A DNA stretch of 64,000 nt from Macrostomum lignano (taxonomy: Eukaryota). Made by a program: the position numbers and the translations under genes. How positions within the stretch are numbered: the stretch's first letter is position 1; every line of letters begins with the position of its first letter. The stretch spans positions 62,001-126,000 of the forward strand of contig NIVC01002067.1 in the NCBI GenBank assembly GCA_002269645.1, given 5' to 3'. Positions 48,075 through 59,236 of the stretch are shown piece by piece. The notes beneath the pieces were generated by a model, which was not told the DNA's origin, did no database searches, and saw only the letters and a program-made list of their open reading frames with translations.

Positions 48075-48335
48075 TGGCTGTGTCTTTGCATGGCACTGCC
48101 AGAAGCGGGACTTTGAGTCGCTGCCCCAAAGACTGTATTTGCATGGCGCTGCCAGAAGCAGGACTTTGAGTTGCTTCCACCAGAGACTGTCTTTGAATGG
48201 CACTGCCAGAAGTGGGACTTTGAGTCGCTGCCACCAGAGACTGTCTTTGTATGGCACTGCCAGAAGTGGGACTTTGAGTCACTGCCACCAGAGACTGTCT
48301 TTGTATGGCGCTGCCAGAAGTGGGGCTTTGAGTCT
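48075..48335. repeat. 53-54-bp tandem repeat immediately left of the recombinase element
   Basis: ATGGCRCTGCCAGAAG at 48090, 48143, 48197 and 48251, continuing to ~48330. Confidence 0.9.
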
Positions 48336-48361
48336 GGACTCCGGAAAGCAGCTGGCTTCCT

Positions 48362-50353
48362 ATGCAATGTTAGGATTCTTGAACGCTAACGAGTGCGTCA
48401 TTGGCAAAAGCACGAGTGCGCGAAGCGCACGAGTGCTCTTTGCCATAGACGCACGAGTTGGCGTGCATGAATCTCATTCTTATTTGATTCTTTCATTTTA
48501 CATTCTGCCCAAAAAAGGTTATAATTGATATTACTATAGACATTACCGCTGCTAGCGGGGGTGCGGGGGCAGAGCCCCCGCTGGGGGCGTGGGGGCGAAG
48601 CCCCCACATTTTAACCATAGACAAAATCAATCTTGCACGCTGGAGATGGTGAGGGGATGGGGTAACGAAAGGAGATTACAATTGAAAGCTAGTTGCCACT
48701 ATAAAAACAAAGCAATGGTTTCTCTAATCAACCCGTCGATTCTTCCTCCGCTTATGGACATGCGATACGCAACCGTCGACGGTTTGTCATCCGAAGAGGT
48801 GGCAATTGCAGCCATTTCTAGCAAGTGGGAAAGAGCTGAGAACGAATGGCTGCTGCCCATGTTGGATGCAATTGCTGACACCGATTTAGAGAAGCTGCTA
48901 GCGACTGACCCGATGTCGAATGCAAGTCTGGATGAACTGGAGAGCCTTGCTCAGCAAGTTGAACGTGAGAATCAGTGTCAATCAACCATTGCAAAGGAAT
49001 TGGCTTCCGTCGGTCGTTTCGAGAAGTTTCTGACTGACAATGGTGTACAACTGGATCTCAAAGTTGCCTCTGTGGATGATATAGCTAAATTCGTGAGGTA
49101 CTTTTATGCTGGATTGAGGAAGCCTGACGGTTCTTTCTATTCGCCAAACACTGTGGTTGGAGTCCGATCTGGTTTGTTTCGCCATATTATGAAGTTGCGA
49201 GCGATTGACATAATAAATGATAAAGCCTTTCATGCCGCCAATCTTACCATGAAGAGCATTTGCAACGCTTTCCTTCGATCTGGAGGAAGAGTGAAGCACT
49301 ACGATGCTATTGAGAGTGACGACCTGAAGAAGCTCGGTAAATACTTCGATCGGTCGAATCCGGTGCGTCTTCAAGAGGAAGTATACTTTAACATCATTTA
49401 TTACTATGGGAATAGAGGCCGTGAATGGTTGCGTGGTTTGAGGTTTGATCGGTTTTGTGAGAAGCGGCTCGCCAATGGACTCTACGCGATTGAGCTTGTT
49501 CAGGGAGATTCAAAGAATCTACATGGTTCTACCAGCGTCGCCGTCATGGTTGACAACAAGCAAGCGTTGATGGTGTCAAAGGGAGATTCTGCCAAATGCC
49601 CAGTTGAGGCGTTCAGACTGTACAAGCAAAAGGTCACCGAAGTTGAAGGATGGAACGGAGTGGACTTCTTTCTGCGACCAAACGCTAACTTTCGTTCATC
49701 TGGTAAGTGGTACAGCAAGAGTGCAGTAGGAGTCAACACCCTTGGGCCTCTGATGAAGAAAATTTCTACGTCCGCCGGATTGTCCAAGCCATACACTGCG
49801 CATTGTGTGCGTGCAACTGTAATCACAGAACTTCACGACGCTGGATTTAATGTCGAAACTATCGCTAAAGTGACTGGCCACAAGCGAGGTGCATCCGTCG
49901 AGCGCTACATTCGACGCGGGAATAAACGCGAACAAGCGATTTGTGCTATGAGCCATCAACTAACGGCTGCCGTGGAGGTGGCTACTACGGCCGACCCTCA
50001 AGTTGTACGCAGTGAGGCAAGTGACCCAGTTGACGTGATCAACGATCCTACGTCGGGCTCGGTGCGCTGTGTGCGAGTTATTCCGGAAAATCGGAAGAAT
50101 TTGAAGATTAGAGCCAATGGTGACACCAACGTCATTGAATTTGTATTTGAGTAGCATCTGATCGCAAGCGAAAAACTAGTAATGATATTAACCAATTTTC
50201 ACTCGTTATTTTCTTGTTGTCTAAAAATAAATTGCAATCCTGCACGTAAGATGCATTAGACCTAAAGGATAATTTGCCATAGACAACATCAATTCTGCAC
50301 GCTTGGGCGTGCCAGATCAGCAATCCTGCACGCAGAATCAAATAAGAATGCAA
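48362..50353 (+). mobile_element. Crypton-type (tyrosine recombinase) DNA transposon; boundaries tentative
   Basis: Single recombinase ORF flanked by a 17-bp inverted repeat (48475-48491 / 50334-50350), GCACG motif clusters and GCGAAGC hairpins. ATGCAA at 48362 and 50348 is a possible terminal direct repeat. Confidence 0.6.
48715..50154 (+). CDS. Tyrosine recombinase of the Crypton / DUF3504 (ZMYM-KCTD1-like) family, intronless and intact
   Basis: FYAGLRKPDGSFYSPNT; catalytic set R (GNRGRE), K (SKN), HxxR (HCVR), H (TGHK) and Y (VERY); CPVEAF and WYSKSAVGVNTL are typical of the family. The frame is open from 48589; first plausible ATG at 48715. Confidence 0.9.
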   Translation: MVSLINPSILPPLMDMRYATVDGLSSEEVAIAAISSKWERAENEWLLPMLDAIADTDLEKLLATDPMSNASLDELESLAQQVERENQCQSTIAKELASVGRFEKFLTDNGVQLDLKVASVDDIAKFVRYFYAGLRKPDGSFYSPNTVVGVRSGLFRHIMKLRAIDIINDKAFHAANLTMKSICNAFLRSGGRVKHYDAIESDDLKKLGKYFDRSNPVRLQEEVYFNIIYYYGNRGREWLRGLRFDRFCEKRLANGLYAIELVQGDSKNLHGSTSVAVMVDNKQALMVSKGDSAKCPVEAFRLYKQKVTEVEGWNGVDFFLRPNANFRSSGKWYSKSAVGVNTLGPLMKKISTSAGLSKPYTAHCVRATVITELHDAGFNVETIAKVTGHKRGASVERYIRRGNKREQAICAMSHQLTAAVEVATTADPQVVRSEASDPVDVINDPTSGSVRCVRVIPENRKNLKIRANGDTNVIEFVFE

Positions 50354-50365
50354 CCGCCCCTTTAA

Positions 50366-52285
50366 TTAGTTACTGCCATGCTTTAGCTGCTGTCTGCAAG
50401 TATTTCTTACAGATTTTTCAGAGGGCCTGCCGGCTTCAGCGGTCGTGCCATAGATGAATATGATTGCTTCTGTTAGAAAAAAAGTTGAAAGTTACTATGA
50501 ATAACATGCACTGTGCTCGACTAATTTCTTGATATTTAGCGTTCTAAAAGTCTCATTGAACGTTGATTAAGTAGACTCACATTGGAAATGGCTGAGCAGA
50601 GTGCTCTGAAATCCAAGCTGCACATCAGTAAGGTTGGTCACAACACCAGCAGCAACAGCTCGGCTTTGCATGTCTGACCCAATTAAATTAATAACCACCT
50701 GCATCTCTTTCGACAAGCTCTCGTTAAGCATTGCCATTAAAGCATCGGACCACTTGTCTCGCTTGCATGAACGTAGCAGGCTCTTCTGTTTAGATTTTTA
50801 CAGGTGAGAATACTTATAGATTGTTATTTCACAGTGATAGTACTAGTGCACTTTGAGTAGTAGTTAGAGGCTTAGAGCATTTCTTCTAATGAAAAGAAAA
50901 TAAAAAACTCAGTCATGAACTTACCAAAGTAGAAATATGTTCATTTGGATTGGAAGCGAAGTGCACATATTTTTCCCAGGAGTTGATTGGCCAGAATGAA
51001 GGCTCAGAATTATCAGTTGGAATGTCAATGCCAACTGGTTCCAAAAAGCGTAGCACACGCTGCTCTTCAGTGCACATTGCAGTGATTTGTTTGGTCAAAC
51101 TATTTTCTAATGCTTTCAATTCATTCTTGCGCATAGTAAGTTCGCGTAGGGCATATAAGGACAGAAACTTGATGCCTCTTGGACTTTCCAGCTCAAAGCT
51201 AACACTGGCTTGGATCTGCACTTCTAGTTTTCTTAGAAAGCCAGAACTAAAATTAAAAGATAAATGGTGGGAGGCGACTTAGGAATCGTCAATCAATCAT
51301 CTGCTACAAACTCAGCTTCTATTTCAGCTTCCGCCTCAGCTTCCATCTCAGCTCCCATCTCAGCTTCCAGCTCAGCTTCTGCCTCAGCTTCCGCCTCAGC
51401 TCCCATCTCAGCTTCTACCTCAGCTTCCGCCTCAGCTTTCACCTCAGCTTCCACTTCAGCTTTCGCCTCAGCTTCCACCTTAGCTTCCACTTCAGCTTCC
51501 GCCTCAGCTTCCATATTGGCGTCTACGCCAGCTTCTGCTTCATCATCACTAATAGGAGGCATTGGCGCTAACTGTGTAATCGTAGGCGGATGTTGTTTAG
51601 GCAGCAAAGCTGGAGGTTGCAAACAGCGGCTGCTCTTATCTTTGAAGATTGCCTCGGGATCGGTGGCTGAGCCGTCTGACAGATTCTGTTTGGGATGGTT
51701 ACGGAATGAGAAATTATCAAGTTAATGTCAGTTTTAGAGATTATTTTCACATTTAATTTCTTCCCTTTTCTTAAAAATTAGTTAAAAAGGTAAAACAGAG
51801 AAAACAAAGTTCTTGATAAAAAATTCTATGGGCTGTGCTTAATTTTACCTTAGTCTGGTAATGCCTTCGTGCTTTCTTCATGTCACGCTCCTGAAAGACT
51901 CTGGGTTGAACCAACTCGAAAATTTGGTTCAGTCGGGTCTTTTTGGCTACCAATTCACGCACAAAGCAGAAGCTCCCAGGCTCTAGGTTGTCGCTTAGTA
52001 TTACCTTTAAATTAGTGAGAAAATATGAGCGTACAAATACAATATTAGATCGATTCAAGAATTTTAACATTTCAAATATCATTGGGATCGGTTGCTTACC
52101 TGAATAATTAGAGCAGAGTAAAAACAGCCTTCATACAAGGCTTCACACTTCCACTTCTCAGTGGAGTCCCTCTTTTCTAACTATTCCTCTTCCTTAAGGT
52201 TTTGAAAGCCTTCAGGAAGCTTCACTTCACTTTCCGAGACCTCAACAATTTGACGGTCGTCTTTAAAGATCACTAAAAACTTCAT
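50366..52285 (-). pseudogene. CACTA/EnSpm accessory gene (DUF4806-like), spliced, with an in-frame stop
   Basis: Exon 52285-52100 MKFLVIFKDDRQIVEV... has TAG at 52181-52183. An acidic (EAEAEV)n segment lies at ~51310-51500. WPINSWEKYVHF...LV | KSLLRSC...SKEMQVVINLIG (junction 50925/50785). Last exon ends RQQLKHGSN* at 50366. Confidence 0.55.
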
Positions 52286-52643
52286 TGTAGCATGCAGACT
52301 AGACTATGCTAGTGCAAAACTGAGTACCAAATAAAGCAAGAGTTTGGAGCTCACACTATAGTTTATGCTTATTTAATGATTCAGTGGTTTAAGTTGCTTC
52401 TAGAAGCAATTGTCTTCTATAGTTCTTCGAATGAAAAAGGCTGCCCTGGCTTTTCCAATTTCATTGGCCCTACCGTCCCCGCATCCATACCTGTCCAATC
52501 AGCGTGCACAAACCCCCAAAGGAATAGTTTTCAATTCTTCCCAGCTTTTGTTCATAAACTTTCTTTATTACAAAATAAGCAATCGTAGTAATTACTTTAT
52601 TACAACAGTCAACTATCATCAAAGTCTGATTCGGACGAAAACA

Positions 52644-54388
52644 ATGACAAGGCAATTGAGGCGACAAGCAAATAAGGATTTGCTGGGCTTGTTCATGGAA
52701 GGAGAACAAGAAGCTTTGGAAGACATCGCACTGCAAGAGAAAAAAAGAAAAGTAGTCAAAGCAGATTATTCTGGGAGAGTTGCCGGTTTCATTGCTTTGG
52801 AGTCCTCTGTAGCAGAAGTCAATGAAGGTACGGAGCCAGATCTTGGCAACGACAACGGCAGCTATCCTGATTTTGACAAGTTCGCGCGAGTTTGCAGCGA
52901 TGAAGATGAGGAGATTGACAAGAAAGAGGATGACCGCTCTTTAGAAGATAAAATATTCATCTTGCTGGTAGTCTATTCTTGTTTCAACCTTAATCGTGGA
53001 TCTAAAAAATTCTTTGTTGATAGTCTAAGAGACATAGGCTTGCCTGCGCCGAAGTCTATCAACTCTATTGAGGCCGTCATCAATGCTGGCGATCCAATGG
53101 AAAAATTGGAATCCATGGGAAAAGACCATTTTCGCTACATTTTGATTCTGAAAAATCTAGAACTAATGTTTCGCAAAAACCAGCTGCACTTGAAGCCAGA
53201 ATATCTACAACACGATAGTGAAACTGAGAAGGTTTACAAAATTGAAGCCATCGTTAATTTTGACGGCTTGCCTTTGTACCGAGCAAGCCACTTCGGTCTT
53301 TGGCCCATACTAATGTCTATTCCCAGCGTATTTAGCAGACCTTTTCCAGTAGCCGTATGGGCTGGTTGTGGCAAGCCACCTCTGAATGATTATCTTCGAC
53401 AATTTTGCGACGAGGCTAAACATTTTCTTACAGGTTCCATAAATATTATCGAAAATTTAAGTATCAGCTTCTCGACTATCCGATTTGTTTGCGATGCGCC
53501 TGCTTGAGCCTAGGTCTCGGTTACTCAAGGGCACATGTACGTCGGTTGCATGTACTGCAGGGCTACTGGACCTTATACCGACAACAGAGTAACATTTTCA
53601 ATGAGCGTTGGGGAGTCCCATAGTAGCCAACAATACCGAGAGGGAAAGGAGTCTAACCAGGAAAATAAAATTCGCTCTATCACCCCTTCTAAATTTGCCT
53701 AACATTAGTTTTGTCGATGCTTTTCCCCCTGACTACCAGTATGCCATCTGCCTTAGAGTCACAAGGAAACTATTTTACCTATTTTTCGACAAATCTAATG
53801 GCAAGAAGTGTCTCGTCTATCCCGATCCAATGAGCCTATTGGGTGACCGAATTACTATGGCTGCCGGTTGGACACCTTCAAACTTTCAACGCAGACCCCA
53901 GAAAATCGACTTGGAATTGAAGCACATGAAGGCTACTGAATTCAGACAGTACTTGCAACTTTTCGACTTTCCCTTTCGAAAACTTTCTTGGATCTGTAAA
54001 GCGCCGCGTAAAGGTGACAAGGCACATGGCAGCGCATTCAGTTAAGCAGGTGCTCAGAGTTCGCGATCTTCTGTTGAATGAGCAGCGCATTCCACGGTTG
54101 AAATTCAGCATAAAGCAATGTGATAATTGTTGCATAATCGACAAAGTATGCGTCCTAATCGAAGCTGTAAGTGAAGCTAATCAAGTCACTGGCAGGATTT
54201 TACACCCAGTTGACAACATCTACACCAACCCATATCCATCTTTGCATCTAGGAATCGGCTTATACAGGATGACATCTGTTCTAACTGGCACACCTGAGCG
54301 AAAGTGCTGGATTTTGCCTGCGAATCTGCTTGCCAATATTGCTGGAGCGGACAGGGATCAAGCAAGCCATTTTTTGTCATTCCTCTGA
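52644..54388 (+). pseudogene. CACTA/EnSpm (CMC) transposase, decayed
   Basis: VNFDGLPLY...LWPIL...GKPP...FVCDAPA*A*...GHMYVGCMYC; SPLLNL...FPPDYQY; FQRRP...KATEFRQ; NIYTNPYPSLHLGI. Two stops at 53505-53513, frameshifts near 53670 and ~54000, and the central catalytic region looks partly deleted. Confidence 0.85.
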
Positions 54389-54658
54389 CAGGTGACTCCA
54401 AGGAGGCCTGATGTAGGACGCATGAGTTGCAAGTGAGTACTAAAAATATCTTTCTCTGGTTTTTTATATCAATCCGATTTCCTTCTATCTCGATTCTCGT
54501 ATTCCCTGTATTCTGCAATTCTGCAATTTCTTCCTGAATATGTTCTCAGCTTCAACACGCAGACATGATTGTGGATTATGAGTTAAATATTAGTATATTA
54601 CGATGCATACTCGATCGCAAACTGCCATTTTATCTTTACTTTTAGGATCTGCAGTTTC

Positions 54659-57600
54659 ATGAGTTTACTACAAGCCTGGCGATCGGTCATTCATGAACTG
54701 GAGTTATTTAAGAGACTGATTATATTGCTTCTATCTTTATTGTTTACATTCTTGAACCTTAGAATTAGGTACAGCTTAAAATTCAGTGTTATAGAAGCCG
54801 GAGGGGTAATTTAGCTCAAAACTGTGTAGGAGGGGTGGAGGGGCTGGAAACTTAGTGGGAGGGGATGCTGCTGTGGGTGGCTGAAATGGGGGATTTATTT
54901 TCTTAAACCCCAGTATATGAAATACTAATGGTATTGTATATAGTATTCCTACCTCCAATTCAAGCCAACAGATTTTTTGTAATATTCTACTTATCCCATT
55001 GATAATAATCAACTAGCTGCACAACTGCAATTTCCATCTGTTTCCATCTGGTTTTACTTTTAAGCACGTATAAAATGCTATGAATATTTTATTTCTTTTG
55101 CTGGCACCTATTTTAGGTTAGATCGAATCAATACTTTCCGTATCAAAGTATTTATGTGTTTATGCTAGGTTGTAACTTATAAAATATACATATATATAGT
55201 TCAGACCTTGTCAAGCCTTGCACAAAATTCGTCTTTGTTCTTCCTTTATCTTTGGTGCAATATGGGAATAGAAAAAACTTGATGACCTGCACTGATAAGG
55301 AGTCAGGAGTCAGGACAGTTTGTTTGTTTCGCATAGATTCGCTTAAGCAGGCAAGAACGGTACAACGTAGAAATTCCCATATCACTTCTCTAGCCTTTTG
55401 TCACGTTATTGACGTAGTGGCTATAGCTATGACCCTTAAAAGGGCCGTTTTGACGAGAGTTGCAGTAAGTCGTAGTCCCAAAATGAATCGAAGTCAATTC
55501 TTGCAAAGCGGATTGTGTAGCGGAGCACTTGGCTTATAAAGGCAGGAAACTGCCGTAGTTGTCTTATTGTCGAGATCAATATTAGAATTGGTTATTAATG
55601 TCAATACAAGCTTATAGCGTTCAATGGTTTTGAACGTTCAAGGCTGCAACAATGGTTTTGAATGCAATAGAATATGAAGTCAGTGACAGATGAAGGATAC
55701 AATGGCGACGCAACGTGGTGAACGATGGCGATGAGCACAGTGAAGGCAGTGAGCAGCAGTAGGCGGGCAGATGAGTAGTGGCGAGATTGGCGTTAGCCGT
55801 GGCGAGAGATAAGGAGGCTCGAGGCAGCCAGGAGAGAGAAGGAAAACAAGAGTCAGACGCCGCAAGCCAGACAGCCTAGACAGGAAACACAAGCCTAAGG
55901 AGAAGAGTGAGGAGGCCCCCAGCCAGCCGTGGCGGGGGTTAATAAAGGAGCGCAGAGGGGGTAGCGCGAAGCACGAGTGGTTTTCATTGGCTGGCTAAAG
56001 AACTTAAAATTATCGATCGTGCAAGTTTTCTACGGTCGCATGAAAGGATAGCAAAGTACGCAGTGATTTCGCGATAGGCACAGATTCGTTGGGCACTACT
56101 ACAAGTAAACGTTAAAATAAACGATTGGAGAAATTGTAGAGGAGCTGCAGTCCAACGGCCCTTTTGCGGGACCACTTTAAACTGGCAACGTCACACTTTC
56201 TTCTAACCCCCCACCCCAACTGAAATGAATTGGCCAAAATTAGCTGTGTCACCTCTAGGTTAAAATAACTCGACAGTGGAGACCGCCACAATTTGCCCGC
56301 CGCCCTATTTCACCTTGAATAGAATGGCGATCAAATTGTGGCGGTCAAATGTACTTGTATATGTAGCTAGTAGACCGGGCGGCCGCCCCCTTTGCCATGG
56401 CTGGACTTGCATATAAGGGGGTAAATTTTGAGCTTGGCAAACCTTGGCAAACTTTGGCTTTTTAGGCCAAAACAAAAATTTGGGCAAATCTGCCCCCACT
56501 ACTTGAAAAATCCTGAATTGACCACCAAATTGGACTCATCTAAATGAAAACTTAAGAATACAAGTAACATTGTACATGCGCTAGTGCTTAAGTAGTGGAG
56601 TATTAAAAATATATTTTTTGTTGCATTGATTTCGAAGATCGAAAGGTATTACTTATAAGTAGGTAGGCTAAAATGCACACTTTTGCTTTTACATCCAATT
56701 TCTAAAGTGTATGAAACTCAGAAAAATTTGCACGAGTTGCCTATACCCCACTTTGGAGCTTGCAGCAATTTTTTCAGAGATGGCTGCTCAAAGGGTTAAA
56801 AGTTCAAGTTAGCTGTAGTATGAGGATTGGTCAATGCAAATTAATAGTGAGCAGTGAGCTCACTATACAAGAAAAAAAATTAATAAGGATATCAATAGTT
56901 TGCCCCACTGTCCACTACATGTACTGAAAGGCGTACTGCCAGGTACAAGCACAAAAGCACCCGAAACTAAAAAAATCAACTTTTAAAATTCTGCTTTTTA
57001 CATAATTTCCTCACAAAAATATTTCATACGTACAAAGAAGAAAAACTACAAACTTTTATCTTGCGGGATGGGGCGTACCCTTGAGGGCCGCTGGGGCGCC
57101 GGCCTAGAGGGTATGCCCCAATTTTTCTAACCACTGGGTTGGTTGTTATGCCACATACAATGTTGTCTGCAATGGCATAGCATATTAGTAAGCATTAATA
57201 TTTGTTTTTTGTCATATAACTATTCAACCTTACAAGTTGGGCATAATTTGTATATATATGTAGGCAATTTGTCTGTAGGCAATTCTCAATATGAGATTTA
57301 AAAAGATTCAATCAGAATAGGAAAGCAGAGTAAGATATATATATGTAGCAATGACTGGATAAACAAGAGGCTACTATAAGAGAAAGTGTCAATGATTGCT
57401 TTTTTTCTTCTTTAGCACTCACCATTGGCAATGCCAGTACAATGGCACCAAGCTAGGTAAAGGCCAATGATCCATCCTCTGCAGGAGTGAGAGCCTGAGG
57501 CCCAGATCCCATAGAAGGCACTTAGTATCATTGCCAACTACATGCATATGCCAACCATTTCCATGAGGATAACAAAACAGGGATATTCACTGTAAGATTC

Positions 57601-59236
57601 AGAAGCTCAGCGTGGGTGATGACTGGTGGTTTGTCTGAGACTGAAGTCAGAGATGACATGGGCACATTTTTGCCATTTGGAGGCTTATACAAGGCCATAC
57701 TGAGGCGTGGTGCTGATTGGCTAGCTCCTGGGAGTTGTATTGAATGTACTAGCACATATGGAAAAATCTGACCTTCTAGCAGAACCATTGGATATTCTGA
57801 CAATCTGGAGGACTGGCTACTTGATTCTTTCATGAGAAGGTGCGCAACAAAATTGTCAGGGAAAACTCATCTTTGTAGTAATAGTTCAGTAGTAGTTATA
57901 CTAATTTTGAGCACTTAACAATGCATTGAATTTTCATACAAAGGACTTTGTATGCTAAAGCACTGGCTGTATAAGTAATATAAACCATAATAGTTAATAG
58001 TTTACATCTAGTACTGTTATCTAATATAATTTATTGCCTACCTATTCAATCCACAGTAGACTGCTCAGCCTCTGTCTGCAGCTCAAGTCCTTCGCCAACT
58101 TGTCGACCAGGCCACTACGCTGATTCCGCCTGCATTTGTGTACCCTGCCCTGGCCTCGGGGAACTGCGCACTTGTCTGTCTTTGAACTATAACTGGTGTC
58201 AGGCTGCGCAAGGCATCACCAGCACCGCTAGGTATGCTTTGTGGTAGCTGAATGCATTTGGAATTATTTCTGTTGGATTATAAAAAAATCCAATCCATGT
58301 GATCCTTGTGGCCTGTGCTGAATCCCTTAGATACTTCAGTCTGGACTTATGTACATGCGCATCCACTGACATGTTCCTTAACCCTCAGTTGCTGGGCCAG
58401 CCTCCCATATTGTTAGTTGCTGGGCCAGCCTCCCAGATCCTCAGTTGCTGGGCCAGCCTCCCAGATCCCAGTTGCTGGGCCAGCCTCCCAGATCCTCAGT
58501 TGCTGGGCCAGCTTCCCAGATCCTCAGTAGCTGGGCCAGCCTCCCAGATCCTCAGTTGCTGGGCCAGCCTCCCAGATCCTCAGTTGCTGGGCCAGCCTCT
58601 CAGATCTTCAGTTGCTGGGCCAGCCTCCCAGATCCTCAGTTGCTGGGCCAGCCTCCCAGATCCTCAGTTGCTGGGCCAGCCTCCCAGATCCTCAGTAGCT
58701 GGGCCAGCCTCCCAGATCCTCAGTAGCTGGGCCAGCCTCCCAGATCCTCAGTTGCTGGGCCAGCCTCCCAGATCCTCAGTAGCTGGGCCAGCCTCCCAGA
58801 TCCTCAGTAGCTGGGCCAGCCTCCCAGATCCTCAGTAGCTGGGCCAGCCTCCCAGATCCTCAGTTGCTGGCCAGCCTCTCAGATCTTCAGTTGCTGGGCC
58901 AGTCTCTCAGATCGAATTGAGCTCGTTCTATTTTTAGCGTCAGTGTTTTAAAATTCCAATTTTAGTCCTTCAACACCTGCTACAACACCAGTTTATCAGC
59001 CAGCTACAGCCGAGACTCTCACAGGTAGTGCAATTGCAGCTATTGTACTAGGAACCATTCTAGTTGCGTTAGTGTGCGTCGGTGTAGTAACCATCACCTG
59101 CTTACGCCGTCGTCGGTATTCCAACTACCGTCAGCCACCCACGAGAGATCCAGGCGGTAATTGCCATACCTGTAACAGAAAAATTGAGGACTGTGCCTGC
59201 GCTCCCAATAGAAATTTATCATCGGCACCCGTATAA
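54659..59236 (+). CDS. Small type I membrane protein with a TNFR-like cysteine-rich ectodomain (~198 aa)
   Basis: Exons 54659-54768, 57416-57456, 58057-58231 and 58966-59236, phases 2/1/2 consistent. Hydrophobic leader RLIILLLSLLFTFL; TCRPGHYADSACICVPCP; Thr/Pro stalk; TM AIAAIVLGTILVALVCVGVVTITCL followed by RRRR; Cys-rich tail. Confidence 0.7.
58380..58910. repeat. 28-bp minisatellite (intron 3 of the TNFR-like gene)
   Basis: Unit CCAGATCCTCAGTTGCTGGGCCAGCCTC. Confidence 0.94.

Noticed and set aside
50480-56000. Search for CACTA/CACTG terminal inverted repeats of the EnSpm element
   Set aside because: CACTG occurs near 50509 but inside the accessory gene span, and no complementary right end was found. 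The element boundaries are left undefined.
57528-57833. Minus-strand 101-aa ORF and overlapping plus-strand open stretch
   Set aside because: It has no recognisable motif or splice support and lies within intron 2 of the TNFR-like model. It may be an old TE fragment.
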